From Eledone cirrhosa (lineage: Eukaryota), in contig OZ024747.1 of assembly GCA_964016885.1 (NCBI GenBank), forward strand, positions 83,452,001 to 83,516,000: DNA of 64,000 nucleotides. The letters are read 5' to 3'. The notes under the pieces are model-generated. The model ran no database searches, was not told where the DNA came from, and saw only the letters and a list, made by a program, of their open reading frames with translations. Both the position numbers and the translations under genes were made by a program. Every line of letters starts with the position of its first letter. Positions within the stretch are counted from its first letter, which is position 1. Below, piece after piece: positions 20,111-30,395 of this stretch.

Positions 20111-22735
20111 ATTATCGCAGGCGACCTAAATGGTCACGTTGGACAACATTGTGACGGCTACGACGAAATCCATGGAGGCTATGGGTTTGGTACTAGAAAT
20201 GAGGAAGGCTCCAGAATCCTGGAATTCTGTGATGCAAATAACCTAACTATCTGTAACACTAACTTCAAAAAACGTGACAATCACCTGATCACCTATAGAT
20301 CCGGGGAACACACAAGCCAGGTAGATTATATCCTTACCAGAAGACGTGACAGAGTGTCTGTTGTTAACACTAAATCCCTCCCCCATGAAGAATGCACCTC
20401 CCAACATAGACTGATAATTAGCGACCTCATAGTCAGGACGAGACGTACTCGACAACAGAAGAGGACTATCCTCAGGAGGAAAATATGGAAGTTAAAGGAC
20501 CCCACAGCCAGGAATAAATTTCAAAGCATATTACTTGATGCTTTCGACAGTAAGGAAGAACATTTAGAGTCGGACAATATAGAGGGAGAGTGGGAATTTC
20601 TGAAAGCAAACCTGCTGTTGGCGACAGACGAGGTCTGTGGCTGGAGCAGGCCTGTAGGCAGGAGGAGAGTAACATGGTGGTGGAACAGTAAGGTGGAGGG
20701 GTCAATTAAGGCCAAAAAGCAGGCTTGGAAAGTATGGCGGGATGGGGGAAGTAGAGAGGACTATCAAGTGGCCAGGAGGGAAGCTAGGAGACAAGTGTAC
20801 TTAGCAAGAAGGGAAGCTGAGGAAAGAAAGTTCAAGCATGTTCTACAACGCGATGACCAAAAACGTGAGGTGTTCAGGATTGCTAGGCAATGCGTCAAGG
20901 AAAACCGTGATATTGTCGGGGAGAAGTGTGTACTAAACGACGATGGCACACTTGCCATCACCGACGCTGATAAGAAGGTAGCTTGGAAGTGTCACTATGA
21001 AAGGCTTCTAAATGAGGAGAATAATTGGGAGAAAGGCAGTCTCCCCCATATCGACCCAATAGAGGGACCAGCAGTGTTAGTCGAGGGGAGTATAATAAGT
21101 AAGGCAATCAAGGATATGAAGACTGGTAAGGCGGCTGGGCCTTCGGAAATAGTTGCTGAGATGCTGAAGGCATCTGGCACGGTGGGACACACCATGGTCA
21201 CCCGCATAGTTAACCAAGTCGTACAAAACGGGGTTGTTCCGAAGGACTGGCATAGCAGCATCATCGTTAACTGTTATAAGGGTAAAGGAGACGCCCTAGA
21301 TAGGAGTAACTATAGAGGCATTAAATTAATCGACCAGGTCATGAAGGTCACGGAAAGAGTAATAGCGCAGCTAATCAGAGAGAGAATTGACCTAGATGAA
21401 ATGCAGTTCGGGTTTGTGTCAGGCAAAAGTACCACAGACGCTCTTTTCATAGTACGACAACTACAAGAGAAGTACCTAGCTAAAGGTAAACCCCTCTACT
21501 TAGCTTTTGTCGACTTGGAGAAAGCCTTCGACAGAGTCCCCCGCTCCATTATCTGGTGGGCTCTTAGAAAACTAGGCGTTGACGAATGGCTTGTGAGGGC
21601 TATACAAGCCATGTATAAAGAAACAGTCAGCAAGGTTAGAATTAACAACGAATATAGTGAAGAGTTTAGCGTAAAAGTCGGCGTCCATCAGGGCTCTGTT
21701 CTCAGTCCACTACTATTTATTATTGCCCTTCAGGCCATAACAGAGGAGTTCAAGACAGGCTGCCCATGGGAACTCCTATACGCAGACGACCTGACACTCA
21801 TAGCGGAATCAATGGCCGAGCTAGAGAAGAAATTCCAAACATGGAAGCACGGCCTAGAGTCAAAAGGACTTAAAATTAACCTGGCTAAGACCAAAGTACT
21901 AGTTTGTAGGAAAGAAAACAAGGCGGCGGTCCCTTCTGGGAAATGGTCGTGCTCGGTGTGTAGGAAAGGCGTAGGTAGAAACTCCATTTTATGTCCTAAA
22001 TGCAAAGTATGGGTGCATAAAAGATGTAGTGGGATCACAGGTAGGCTAACTAAGAACATAGATTTTACATGTGGCCGGTGCTCTGGTGCAATAAGTAGCA
22101 GCAAGTGCCCACAAACTACTAGCTCTTTCAATTGCGCAGAGGGTTCTATAGAAATAGTGGACAGCTTCCGTTACCTGGGCGATAAAATCAGCAGTGGGGG
22201 AGGGTGCTCTGAAAGTACTGTAGCTAGAGTCAGAACTGGTTGGAAAAAGTTCAGAGAGCTTATACCACTATTAGCTGCTAAAGGGTTCTCACTAAAAATG
22301 AAAGGCAGGTTGTACGATGCCTGCATACGAACAGCAATGCTGCATGGCAGTGAGACCTGGGCATTGTGTGCAGAGGATATACGCAGACTAGAGAGGAACG
22401 AAGCTTGCATGCTCCGCTGGATGTGTAACAGTAATATACGTGAACGGCAAAGCATAAACGAACTAAGGAATAAATTAGAGATAAGAGGGATCAGATGTTG
22501 TTTACTCGAGAGAAGGCTACGTTGGTATGGACACGTGATGCGCATGAAAGTCGATAGCTGTATAACAAAGTGCAGGGCAATAAAGATAGACGGTAGTCAC
22601 GGAATAGGCAGACCTAGAAAAACCTGGGACGAGCTGATAAACTCCGACATCACACACTTACACCTCTCCAAGACAATGTCACTGGACCGAGACCTTTGGC
22701 GGTACTCAGTAACAGAGAAGACCCGCCTTACCTAA
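20111..22735 (+). CDS. RTE ORF (partial APE endonuclease, reverse transcriptase, PHD-like finger); true N-terminus missing
   Basis: GDLNGH and SQVDYIL/SQHRL (APE); YRGIKL, QFGF, FVDLEKAFD, GVHQGSVLSPLLF, YADD (21779-21790), KTK, FRYLG (RT). The first 32 aa of the ORF-track protein are microsatellite. Confidence 0.95.
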   Translation: MIAGDLNGHVGQHCDGYDEIHGGYGFGTRNEEGSRILEFCDANNLTICNTNFKKRDNHLITYRSGEHTSQVDYILTRRRDRVSVVNTKSLPHEECTSQHRLIISDLIVRTRRTRQQKRTILRRKIWKLKDPTARNKFQSILLDAFDSKEEHLESDNIEGEWEFLKANLLLATDEVCGWSRPVGRRRVTWWWNSKVEGSIKAKKQAWKVWRDGGSREDYQVARREARRQVYLARREAEERKFKHVLQRDDQKREVFRIARQCVKENRDIVGEKCVLNDDGTLAITDADKKVAWKCHYERLLNEENNWEKGSLPHIDPIEGPAVLVEGSIISKAIKDMKTGKAAGPSEIVAEMLKASGTVGHTMVTRIVNQVVQNGVVPKDWHSSIIVNCYKGKGDALDRSNYRGIKLIDQVMKVTERVIAQLIRERIDLDEMQFGFVSGKSTTDALFIVRQLQEKYLAKGKPLYLAFVDLEKAFDRVPRSIIWWALRKLGVDEWLVRAIQAMYKETVSKVRINNEYSEEFSVKVGVHQGSVLSPLLFIIALQAITEEFKTGCPWELLYADDLTLIAESMAELEKKFQTWKHGLESKGLKINLAKTKVLVCRKENKAAVPSGKWSCSVCRKGVGRNSILCPKCKVWVHKRCSGITGRLTKNIDFTCGRCSGAISSSKCPQTTSSFNCAEGSIEIVDSFRYLGDKISSGGGCSESTVARVRTGWKKFRELIPLLAAKGFSLKMKGRLYDACIRTAMLHGSETWALCAEDIRRLERNEACMLRWMCNSNIRERQSINELRNKLEIRGIRCCLLERRLRWYGHVMRMKVDSCITKCRAIKIDGSHGIGRPRKTWDELINSDITHLHLSKTMSLDRDLWRYSVTEKTRLT

Positions 22736-23127
22736 ATATATAGTAAAACCTACTCCAGCCAGTAGGCATCTCTAACAAATACACCCCGTCCCACCACCCC
22801 CACCCGATCCACACCACCCCGTTCTATGTAAAGTTATGTTGGTGCCGCGCCATCGAGGCCGAAACAAATGAGATCGTGTAGGTGTCACGACAAAAAAACA
22901 CACAGTCCACGCTGTAATGTGGCCGTGTAGGCAACACGGTAAAAACCTCCCAGACCCACACTGTAAATGTGGTTGGTGTTAGGAAGGGCATCCAACTGTA
23001 GAAAACCTGCCAGACAGTCCTATGCGAGCAAGACAATCACTCTTGCCTCAAGTGGGACTACCCCCGTCCAAACCCATGCAAGCGTGGAACACGGACGTTA
23101 AACGCTGATGATGATGATGATGATGAT
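20111..23127 (+). mobile_element. RTE-clade LINE (RTE-A), 5'-truncated and young; ORF, ~370-bp 3' UTR and (GAT)n tail; embedded in (TA)n
   Basis: Uninterrupted ORF, retained CpGs, terminal CGTCC..CCATGCAAGCGTGG..GGACG stem-loop. Confidence 0.96.
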
Positions 23128-23232
23128 GTAGGTATATATATGTATATATATGTAGGTATATATATGTATATATATGTAGGTATATATATGTATATATATA
23201 TATATGTGTATATATGTATATATATATGTGTA

Positions 23233-23375
23233 TCATCATTATCATCACCGTTTTACGTCCGTTCTTCCATGCTTGCATGGGTTAGATGGGTTGTCCTGTT
23301 GTGGGCAGTGTCCGGTCAGCTGACCTTGTCTTGCTCATACGGGAACTGATTCTGGCTTGATTTCTACAGCTGGAT
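23233..23375 (-). mobile_element. RTE-type 3' tail fragment, tail-to-tail with RTE-A; more tails at about 15170-15280(+), 15293-15460(-), 31035-31170(+), 32990-33112(+), 35224-35395(+), 45205-45630(+), 49432-49760(-), 58935-59131(+)
   Basis: (CAT)n..TTTTACGTCCG..CCATGCTTGCATGGG..TTCTACAGCTGGATG. Confidence 0.85.
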
Positions 23376-23451
23376 GTATGTATATGTGTATATATGTATA
23401 TATATGTGTATATTTTATATATATGTATATATATATGTATATATATGTGTA

Positions 23452-23484
<33 letters not shown>

Positions 23485-23705
23485 GAAGGCGTGTGGCTGA
23501 GTGGTTAAAGAATTGGATTCACAATCTTGAGGTTGTCAGTTCGATTCCTGGACCGGGTGATGCGTTATGTCCTTGAGCAAGACACTTTATTTCACGTTGC
23601 TCCTTCTACCTGGAGTTGCGACCGATAGATAGTATTAGCAACTGGAAAGGCCGATGGAAACATTGTTTCCTCAGTCTGATTTGACGAAAGTCGATCGATC
23701 CTTTA
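23485..23705 (+). mobile_element. tRNA-derived SINE head and core joined to an unrelated structured 3' segment
   Basis: TGGCTGAGTGG and AGTTCGATTCC boxes, CCTTGAGCAAGACACTTTATTTCACGTTGCTCC; diverges from the 7883 copy after about 23603. Confidence 0.8.
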
Positions 23706-24387
23706 AATATATATATGTGTGTTTGTATATATATATATAAATAAAACTCTGACAGTTCTGAGTTCTAGTGAAGTTTCTGGTATCTGATGTAATGTTTTGG
23801 CAATGTTAAAGATATGCAATTTCCAGACATTACCAATCCAAGCAGTCTTGAAATGAATTCAGGAGAACGACTTGTTAACCATGATTTGTATTGTGTAAAG
23901 AATGATGCCAGCCTTTCCTCAAAGAGCTGGAATTCTTTACTAGTATATGATTAAAACTATCAATTATAGAGAAAGATAGAAGAATTTGGCCTAAGGGTGA
24001 AAGTTTTAAAAATAAGAATTTGAAAGGTCAAACTAATGCCAAGTTTTAATGATTGTCAAGGCAGAGAGGAATAAAAAAAAAAAAGAATAAGATTTAGAAA
24101 CGTTTTAATTTGACTGTAAGAGACACACATGTACACACACACATTCACTTTGTTTTTACTGGTTCCATTCATTAGACTGCTGCTTTGTTGAAGCATTAAC
24201 TTGATTTAGTTATGAGACTCTTCTTGCTCAACCTTGTTTGTTTGTGACATTTTTTCTTAAAATAAATTTAAAGTTAAATGGAGCATATTGTTTAAGTTCT
24301 TTTTACTGACTTTTTTTCATGTCCCCAAAGTGGTCCATAATGATCCCCAAGGGTTAATGTGACTACTCTGTGGTTCAGCTGAAGTTA

Positions 24388-24587
24388 NNNNNNNNNNNNN
24401 NNNNNNNNNNNNNNNNNNNNNNNNNNNNNNNNNNNNNNNNNNNNNNNNNNNNNNNNNNNNNNNNNNNNNNNNNNNNNNNNNNNNNNNNNNNNNNNNNNNN
24501 NNNNNNNNNNNNNNNNNNNNNNNNNNNNNNNNNNNNNNNNNNNNNNNNNNNNNNNNNNNNNNNNNNNNNNNNNNNNNNNNNNNNNNN
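24388..24587. other. Assembly/scaffolding gap (200 N)
   Basis: Exactly 200 N; true distance and orientation across it are uncertain. Confidence 0.99.
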
Positions 24588-25090
24588 TCAGCTTGCTTCT
24601 GCATTGGCAACAGTGTTTCCAATGGAGATAGGAGACATAGGAAGAGGAAAGGGAGGGATAGCAACTGGTTGTTGATATAGAGAGGTGGAGGGAGGAATGG
24701 AGAGATAACAGTAGAGGAGAGTGAGAGAAGCTTTTATATGGGAGAGTAAAGTGAGAGTGAGAATAGTGTGTTCTACCAGAAACACCACATATCACCATTA
24801 GAAAATTTGAACCAAATACCTCTGAGTATGCAGACAAAAGACCATCCACTTGATTATCCCATTTCTACACCTCTCCCCCTTCATTCTCTATCTTTTTTCT
24901 GTTACAATTTCTTTTTAAACTTTTCCTTACCATATTTGTAATGAAAGACAGTCTAAAAATTTTCAAAGTATTTTGAAAACAATTATGAATTTGGAGGGAT
25001 TTAGTAAAATAACTAATGCTTTCATTATTAAGATGGCGTTTAGAAATTATATCACCTCAACAGAGTCTTATGTAGAATTATGATACAAAG

Positions 25091-25516
25091 AATATAAGTA
25101 TGTACACGTACATACATATATGTATACCGACGTACAGTAGTATGTATATATATATATACATACATGCACACATATATATATGCACGTATGGATTCACCGA
25201 ACATTTATTATAATGCTCGGTGTGTTTGTAAACAAACATCCCGTATTAAGCCGTAGTGTCTAGCAACCACCGTTGCTCGTTTGTTCAACACTGACAAAGG
25301 AACGCTGTACTAGTTTCAAGCTTGTTAGCTATCGTCATATATACATATATACATATATACATATATACATATATACGTCATATATACATATATATATATA
25401 CATATATACATACTACTGTACGTCGGTATACATATATGTATGTACGTGTACATACTTATATTTAAGTAACAGCCGTACTAAGAGTGGGAAATGAAATATC
25501 GTTTCATTTTTTCCGT
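25091..25516. mobile_element. Unclassified 426-bp insertion with a 61-bp perfect inverted repeat and 13-bp TSD
   Basis: TTATGATACAAAG at 25078-25090 and 25517-25529; IR arms 25091-25151 and 25402-25462; interrupts a family B MITE. Confidence 0.85.
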
Positions 25517-25687
25517 TTATGATACAAAGGTTTTAGATATATTTATACACTTCAAACTATATAGTTTGTATTGGTAGAACCAGAGGCAGTTTCAGGTAGT
25601 CTGCTATTAAAATGGTATTAAATGCCAAGGCAGCAACACTTAAAAGAACAAGCAGGATACATGCCCCTAAGGATATATATTGTGTGT

Positions 25688-26921
25688 GCGGCCAATAGTG
25701 GTATAAGCTCTCTGAACTTTTTCCATCCCGTTCTGACTCTAGCTACTGTACTTTCAGAGCACACTGCTGATTTTGTCACCCAGTTAACGGAAGGTGTCCA
25801 CTATTTCTATAGAACCATCTGTGCAATGGAATGAGCTAGTATTCTGTGGGCACTTGCTGCTACTTATTGCACCTGAGCACCGGCCACATATAAAATCTAT
25901 ATTCTTAGTTAGCTTACCTGTGATTCCACTACATCTTTTATGCACCCATACTTTGCATTTGGGACATAAAATGGAGTTTCTGCCTACTCCTTTCCTACAC
26001 ACTGAGCATGGCCATTTCCCAGATGAGACCAGTGCCCTATTTTCCTTCCTACAAACTAGAACTTTAGTCTTAGACGGGTTAATTTTAAGGCCTTTTGATT
26101 TTAGGCCGTGCTTCCATGTTTGGAATTTCTTCTCTAGTTCAGCCATTGATTCAGCTATGAGCGTTAGATCATCTGCATATAGGAGTTCCCATGGGCAGCC
26201 GGTCTTGAACTCCTCTGTTATAGCCTGAAGGGCAATAATAAATAGGAGGGGGCTTATGACGGAGCCCTGATGAATAACAACTTTTACGCTAAACTCTTCA
26301 CTATATTCGTTGTTAATTCTAACCTTGCTGACTGTTTCTTTATACATGGCTTGTATAGCTCTCACAAGCCATTCATCAACACCTAGTTTTCTAAGGGCCC
26401 ACCAGATAATCAAGCGGGGTACTCTGTCAAAGGCTTTCTCCAAGTCAACAAAAGCTAAGTATAGGGATTTACTTTTAGCTAGGTACTTCTCCTGTAGTTG
26501 TCGTACAATGAAAAGAGCGTCTGTTGTACTTTTACCTGACACAAACCCGAACTGCATTTCATCTAGATCAATTCGCTCTCTGATTAGTTGCGCTACTACT
26601 TTTTGTGTGACCTTCATGACCTGGTCAATTAATTTAATGCCTCTATAGTTTCCCCTATCTAGGGTATCTCCTTTACTCTCGTAGCAGTTAATGATGCTGC
26701 TGCTGCGCCAGTCCTTCGGAACGGCCCCATTCTGTATGACTTGGTTTACTATCCGGGTGACCATAGTGTGTCCCACCGTTCCAGATGCTTTCAGCATTTC
26801 AGCAACTATTTCCGAAGGCCCAGCCGCCTTGCCTGTCTTCATGTCTTTGATCGCCTTACTTATTATACTACCTTCAACTTGCACTGCTGGTCCCTCTATT
26901 GGATTGATGTGGGGGAGACTG
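25688..26921 (-). pseudogene. RTE-A internal RT plus PHD fragment, truncated at both ends
   Basis: ORF 25784..26884 is close to the corresponding residues of the 20111 ORF; premature stop in FR*LG; corresponds to about 21037-22278 of the long copy. Confidence 0.95.
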
Positions 26922-26988
26922 TCATATATATAAAATAATTACGTCGAATAGGTAAAATTTGGCTTCGTTTATTATAAATTATAGATAT

Positions 26989-27043
26989 ACTGCTATATAT
27001 ATTTTGGTGACAGCCATCATTGGCTGTGACGTCTTCAGGCAGT
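26989..27043 (-). ncRNA. Degenerate minimal type I hammerhead ribozyme (Penelope/retrozyme-like)
   Basis: Minus strand ACUGC-CUGAAGA-C-GUCACAGCCA-AUGA-UGGCUGUCAC-C-AAAA-UAUAUAUA-GCAGU. Stem I, the CUGANGA box, stem II and a palindromic stem III are present; GAAA reads AAAA. Confidence 0.65.
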
Positions 27044-27178
27044 CCGAATTGGTGTGGTGGAGACGAGTACACAGGTTGTTTAAGTGTGTTTTACTCCGTC
27101 AATACTCCGATATGTTCAGCTCCTAGTTGCGTTGTTATTTCTCTGAGGAACTGGAATCGTAAACAACCAACATATACT

Positions 27179-28203
27179 CATCATCATCATCATCGTTTAA
27201 CGTCCATGTTCCACGCTTGCATGGGTTTGGACGGGAGTTTTCCCACTTGAGGCAAGAGTGGTTGTCTTGCTCGCATAGGACTGTCTGGCAGGTTTTCTAC
27301 GGCTGGATGCCCTTCCTAACACCAACCACATTTACAGTGTGGGGCTGGGAGGTTTTTACCGTGTTGCCTACACGGCCACATTACAGCGTGGACTGTTTGG
27401 CTGGTTTTCTACAGCTGGATGCCCTTCCTAACACCAACCATATTTACAGTGTGGGACTGGGAGGTTTTTACCGTGTTGCCTACACAGCCACATTACAGCG
27501 TGGACTGTCTGGCTGGTTTTCTACAGTTGGATGCCCTTCCTAACACCAACCATATTTACAGTGTGGGACTGGGAGGTTTTTACCGTGTTGCCTACACAGC
27601 CACATTACAGCGTGGACTGTGTGTTTTTTTGTCGTGACACCTACACGATCTCATTTGTTTCGGCCTGGATGTTGTGGCACCAACATAACTTTATATAGAA
27701 GGGGGCGGTGTGGATGGGGTGGGGGTGGTGGGACGGGGATGTATTTTGTTAGAGATGCCTACTGACTGTAGTAGGTTTTACTTTGTATTTCAGGTAAGGC
27801 GGGTCTTCTCTATTACTGAGTACCGCCAAAGATCTCGGTCCAGTGACATTGTCTTGGAGAGGTGTAAGTGTGTGAGGTCGGAATTTATCAGGTCGTCCCA
27901 GGTTTTTATGGGTCTGCCTACTCCGTGGCTACCGTCTATCTTTATTGCCCTGCACTTTTTTATACAGCTGTCGTCTTTCATGCGCATCACGTGACCATAC
28001 CAACGTCGCCTTCTCTCGACTAAACAACATCTGATCCCTCTTATTTCTAATTTTTTCCTTAGTTCGTTTATGCTTTGCCGTTCACGTATGTTACTATTAC
28101 ACATCCAGCGGAGCATGCAAGCTTCGTTCCTCTCTAGTCTGCGTATATCCTCTGCACACAATGCCCAGGTCTCACTGCCATGCAACATTGCTGTTCGTAT
28201 GCA
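27179..28203 (-). mobile_element. RTE-A 3' fragment with 3' UTR and (GAT)n tail
   Basis: ORF 27790..28188 is almost identical to the RTE-A C-terminus; the UTR matches 22736-23127. Confidence 0.95.
27278..27620. repeat. 112-bp x3 tandem triplication within the RTE-A 3' UTR
   Basis: GGACTGT at 27278, 27390, 27502 and 27614; the 20-23 kb copy has a single unit. Confidence 0.95.
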
Positions 28204-30320
28204 ATATATATATATATATAATCAGTCAAGCATGCAAATATGCCAAATTCTGTAGATAACACTTACATCTGTGAAAGAGGGGATGTATAAAGATCCCATG
28301 AATAGCAGATACGCACTTAGCAGTAGTATTGATGAATGTTTAAACAAAGGCACGCATGTACACGCACATGCACATTATCTGCACAGATGAATATGCATTT
28401 ACACACACACTCCATGCAATCTTTACACACAACATGCACACAGATATGCATACATGAGAAACTCACATGCATACAGATGTAGCCTCAATGAAAGTATATC
28501 ACAACCTTTCAATGTATTGTAGGTTTTGTTGATTTAGCATACTTTTCAGTAGTTAGTGGAAAATGTTAGAGGAGCAATCTTCTACAAGTGTTACAAGTTC
28601 CCCTTCCCACTATCTTTTAATTATTACAAGCTCCACTAAGAACGTTGTTTGCTGTATTTGTTGATGCTGCTGTTGTTGTTATTATTGCATTTGTTTATAT
28701 TTTTCAGCTTTCATTTCTTTCTGACCTTTCGTTTCAGTAAACAAACATATACTTATCAGGATTTTCCTCATTTTGTCTTTATTTAGTTGAATACCTGCTT
28801 ATATATGTACACACATACACATATATATACACACCGACATGCCAAACTTAGATCTAAAAGGATATTGTTTATAGGAAATCGGTTAAAGGATCTCTCCTTT
28901 CCTATAGTTTTTTAAAGGATTTTTGTATTTTACTTTGTGTATAGTATTATGATTAATCTCAACAATACTGGGTTCTCAAAGTACCCCCTCTCATTTAAAC
29001 ATCCGGGACACCTATGATATGAAAACTCATAGGAGGCCAGCTAAACCTGCATAGATGTCAGTTGTAAATTTCATTTATCTGTAAGTACCCCTCATACAAA
29101 TAAAGCCACTAGGTTTGCTGCTTGTTATGCTTTCAACTTCACAGTGAAGGCATATGGCTAAGTGTTGAACTCACAATTATTAGGTCATGGTTTCAATCAC
29201 TACACTCTATGACATATTGTGTCCTGGAGCAAGATGTTGCAGTTCAAAATGCTTTTCATGACAGGAATGGACCCTCTATCATTAAAACACACAAGAAACC
29301 TACGAGATGCAACAGACTATCAGATGCAACACTGTAGGAAGCTAGCTAAATTTACATAAATGTGAGCTGTAAATTTCATTTCAAATGACTGGGGGCTTTC
29401 CTGAACACTTAAGAAAACTCTTATAAGATACAAACACTTAGGTCAGCTACATCTGCACAGGTGTGAGCTGTAAATTTCATTTTTGATTTTCATTTTTCAA
29501 CTCCACACTGCTCACACACAACAAAACTCATTCTAAATTCCATGTGTCTCACCACTACCACTACACCGTAAAACAAATCCATCCCAAACTCTCCACCTGT
29601 CTTATCACCAAGTGGAAACACTTCTTAGTTTTCTCTCACCTATCAAAAGTATTTAGTCTTGACATTGCTCACTCCATTATATTGAAATAGTGTCACACTA
29701 CATTACACACACACACTATACACACACACACGCACACACACACTACACACACACTTTCTCTCTTAAAGACATATACTTTTCTGTTTTAGAAACACCTACA
29801 CATTTTCTTACTTAATTCTGAACATCTTGTAATGATTTAGTAGAAAATATTTAAAAACAGGCTTGTTAATTCAGATGTTTATAGTATCTTTACTAGTAGA
29901 CAGATTGTTGTGAAAAACTTGTAGAAAACTAAAATACTTTCACTTTTAATGTGTTGCATTCATAGTGCTGTTTTGTACTTTTCAAGAATGTCTTGCTAAT
30001 GTGGTTTCATGTGGTAGAGTTTGTTAAGAGTTAAAACACACATACATTCTACCATACACACAGACACACACTATCCTACCTCTTTCTCAATACTCATACA
30101 CTTTATCTTTAGTATACACTATCTCTTTGTTTTCATACAGTTGTTTAACTCTCAAACTCACACCCACATAAAACTAGATAAAAGAAAACTGTCCAGATAC
30201 TTTTGTGATTCAAAATGTAGTGATTCTATAGTGTACAATCCAATATTTCATCAACTTGGAGTGTTCTTAAAGTAGATAGAACCAATTTATCTATTCATCT
30301 TTTGATATGTGTGTGTAAGC

Positions 30321-30322
<2 letters not shown>

Positions 30323-30392
<70 letters not shown>
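30323..30392. repeat. (GA)n microsatellite; others: (GA)n 33218-33276, (GT)n 45632-45674 and 62770-62810, decayed (GATA)n 52480-52680, (AAT)n 60863-60891
   Basis: Direct reading. Confidence 0.97.

Positions 30393-30395
<3 letters not shown>

Noticed and set aside
20243-22545. Antisense ORFs overlapping the LINE ORFs (also 397-1296, 1619-2175, 25794-26938)
   Set aside because: Shadow frames of RT coding sequence with no independent motifs.
23645-23705. Hammerhead in the structured SINE tail
   Set aside because: CUGA and GAAA are present but cannot be arranged into CUGANGA-stem II-GAAA on either strand.
24317-24849. ORFs spanning the N run
   Set aside because: Artefacts of the assembly gap.
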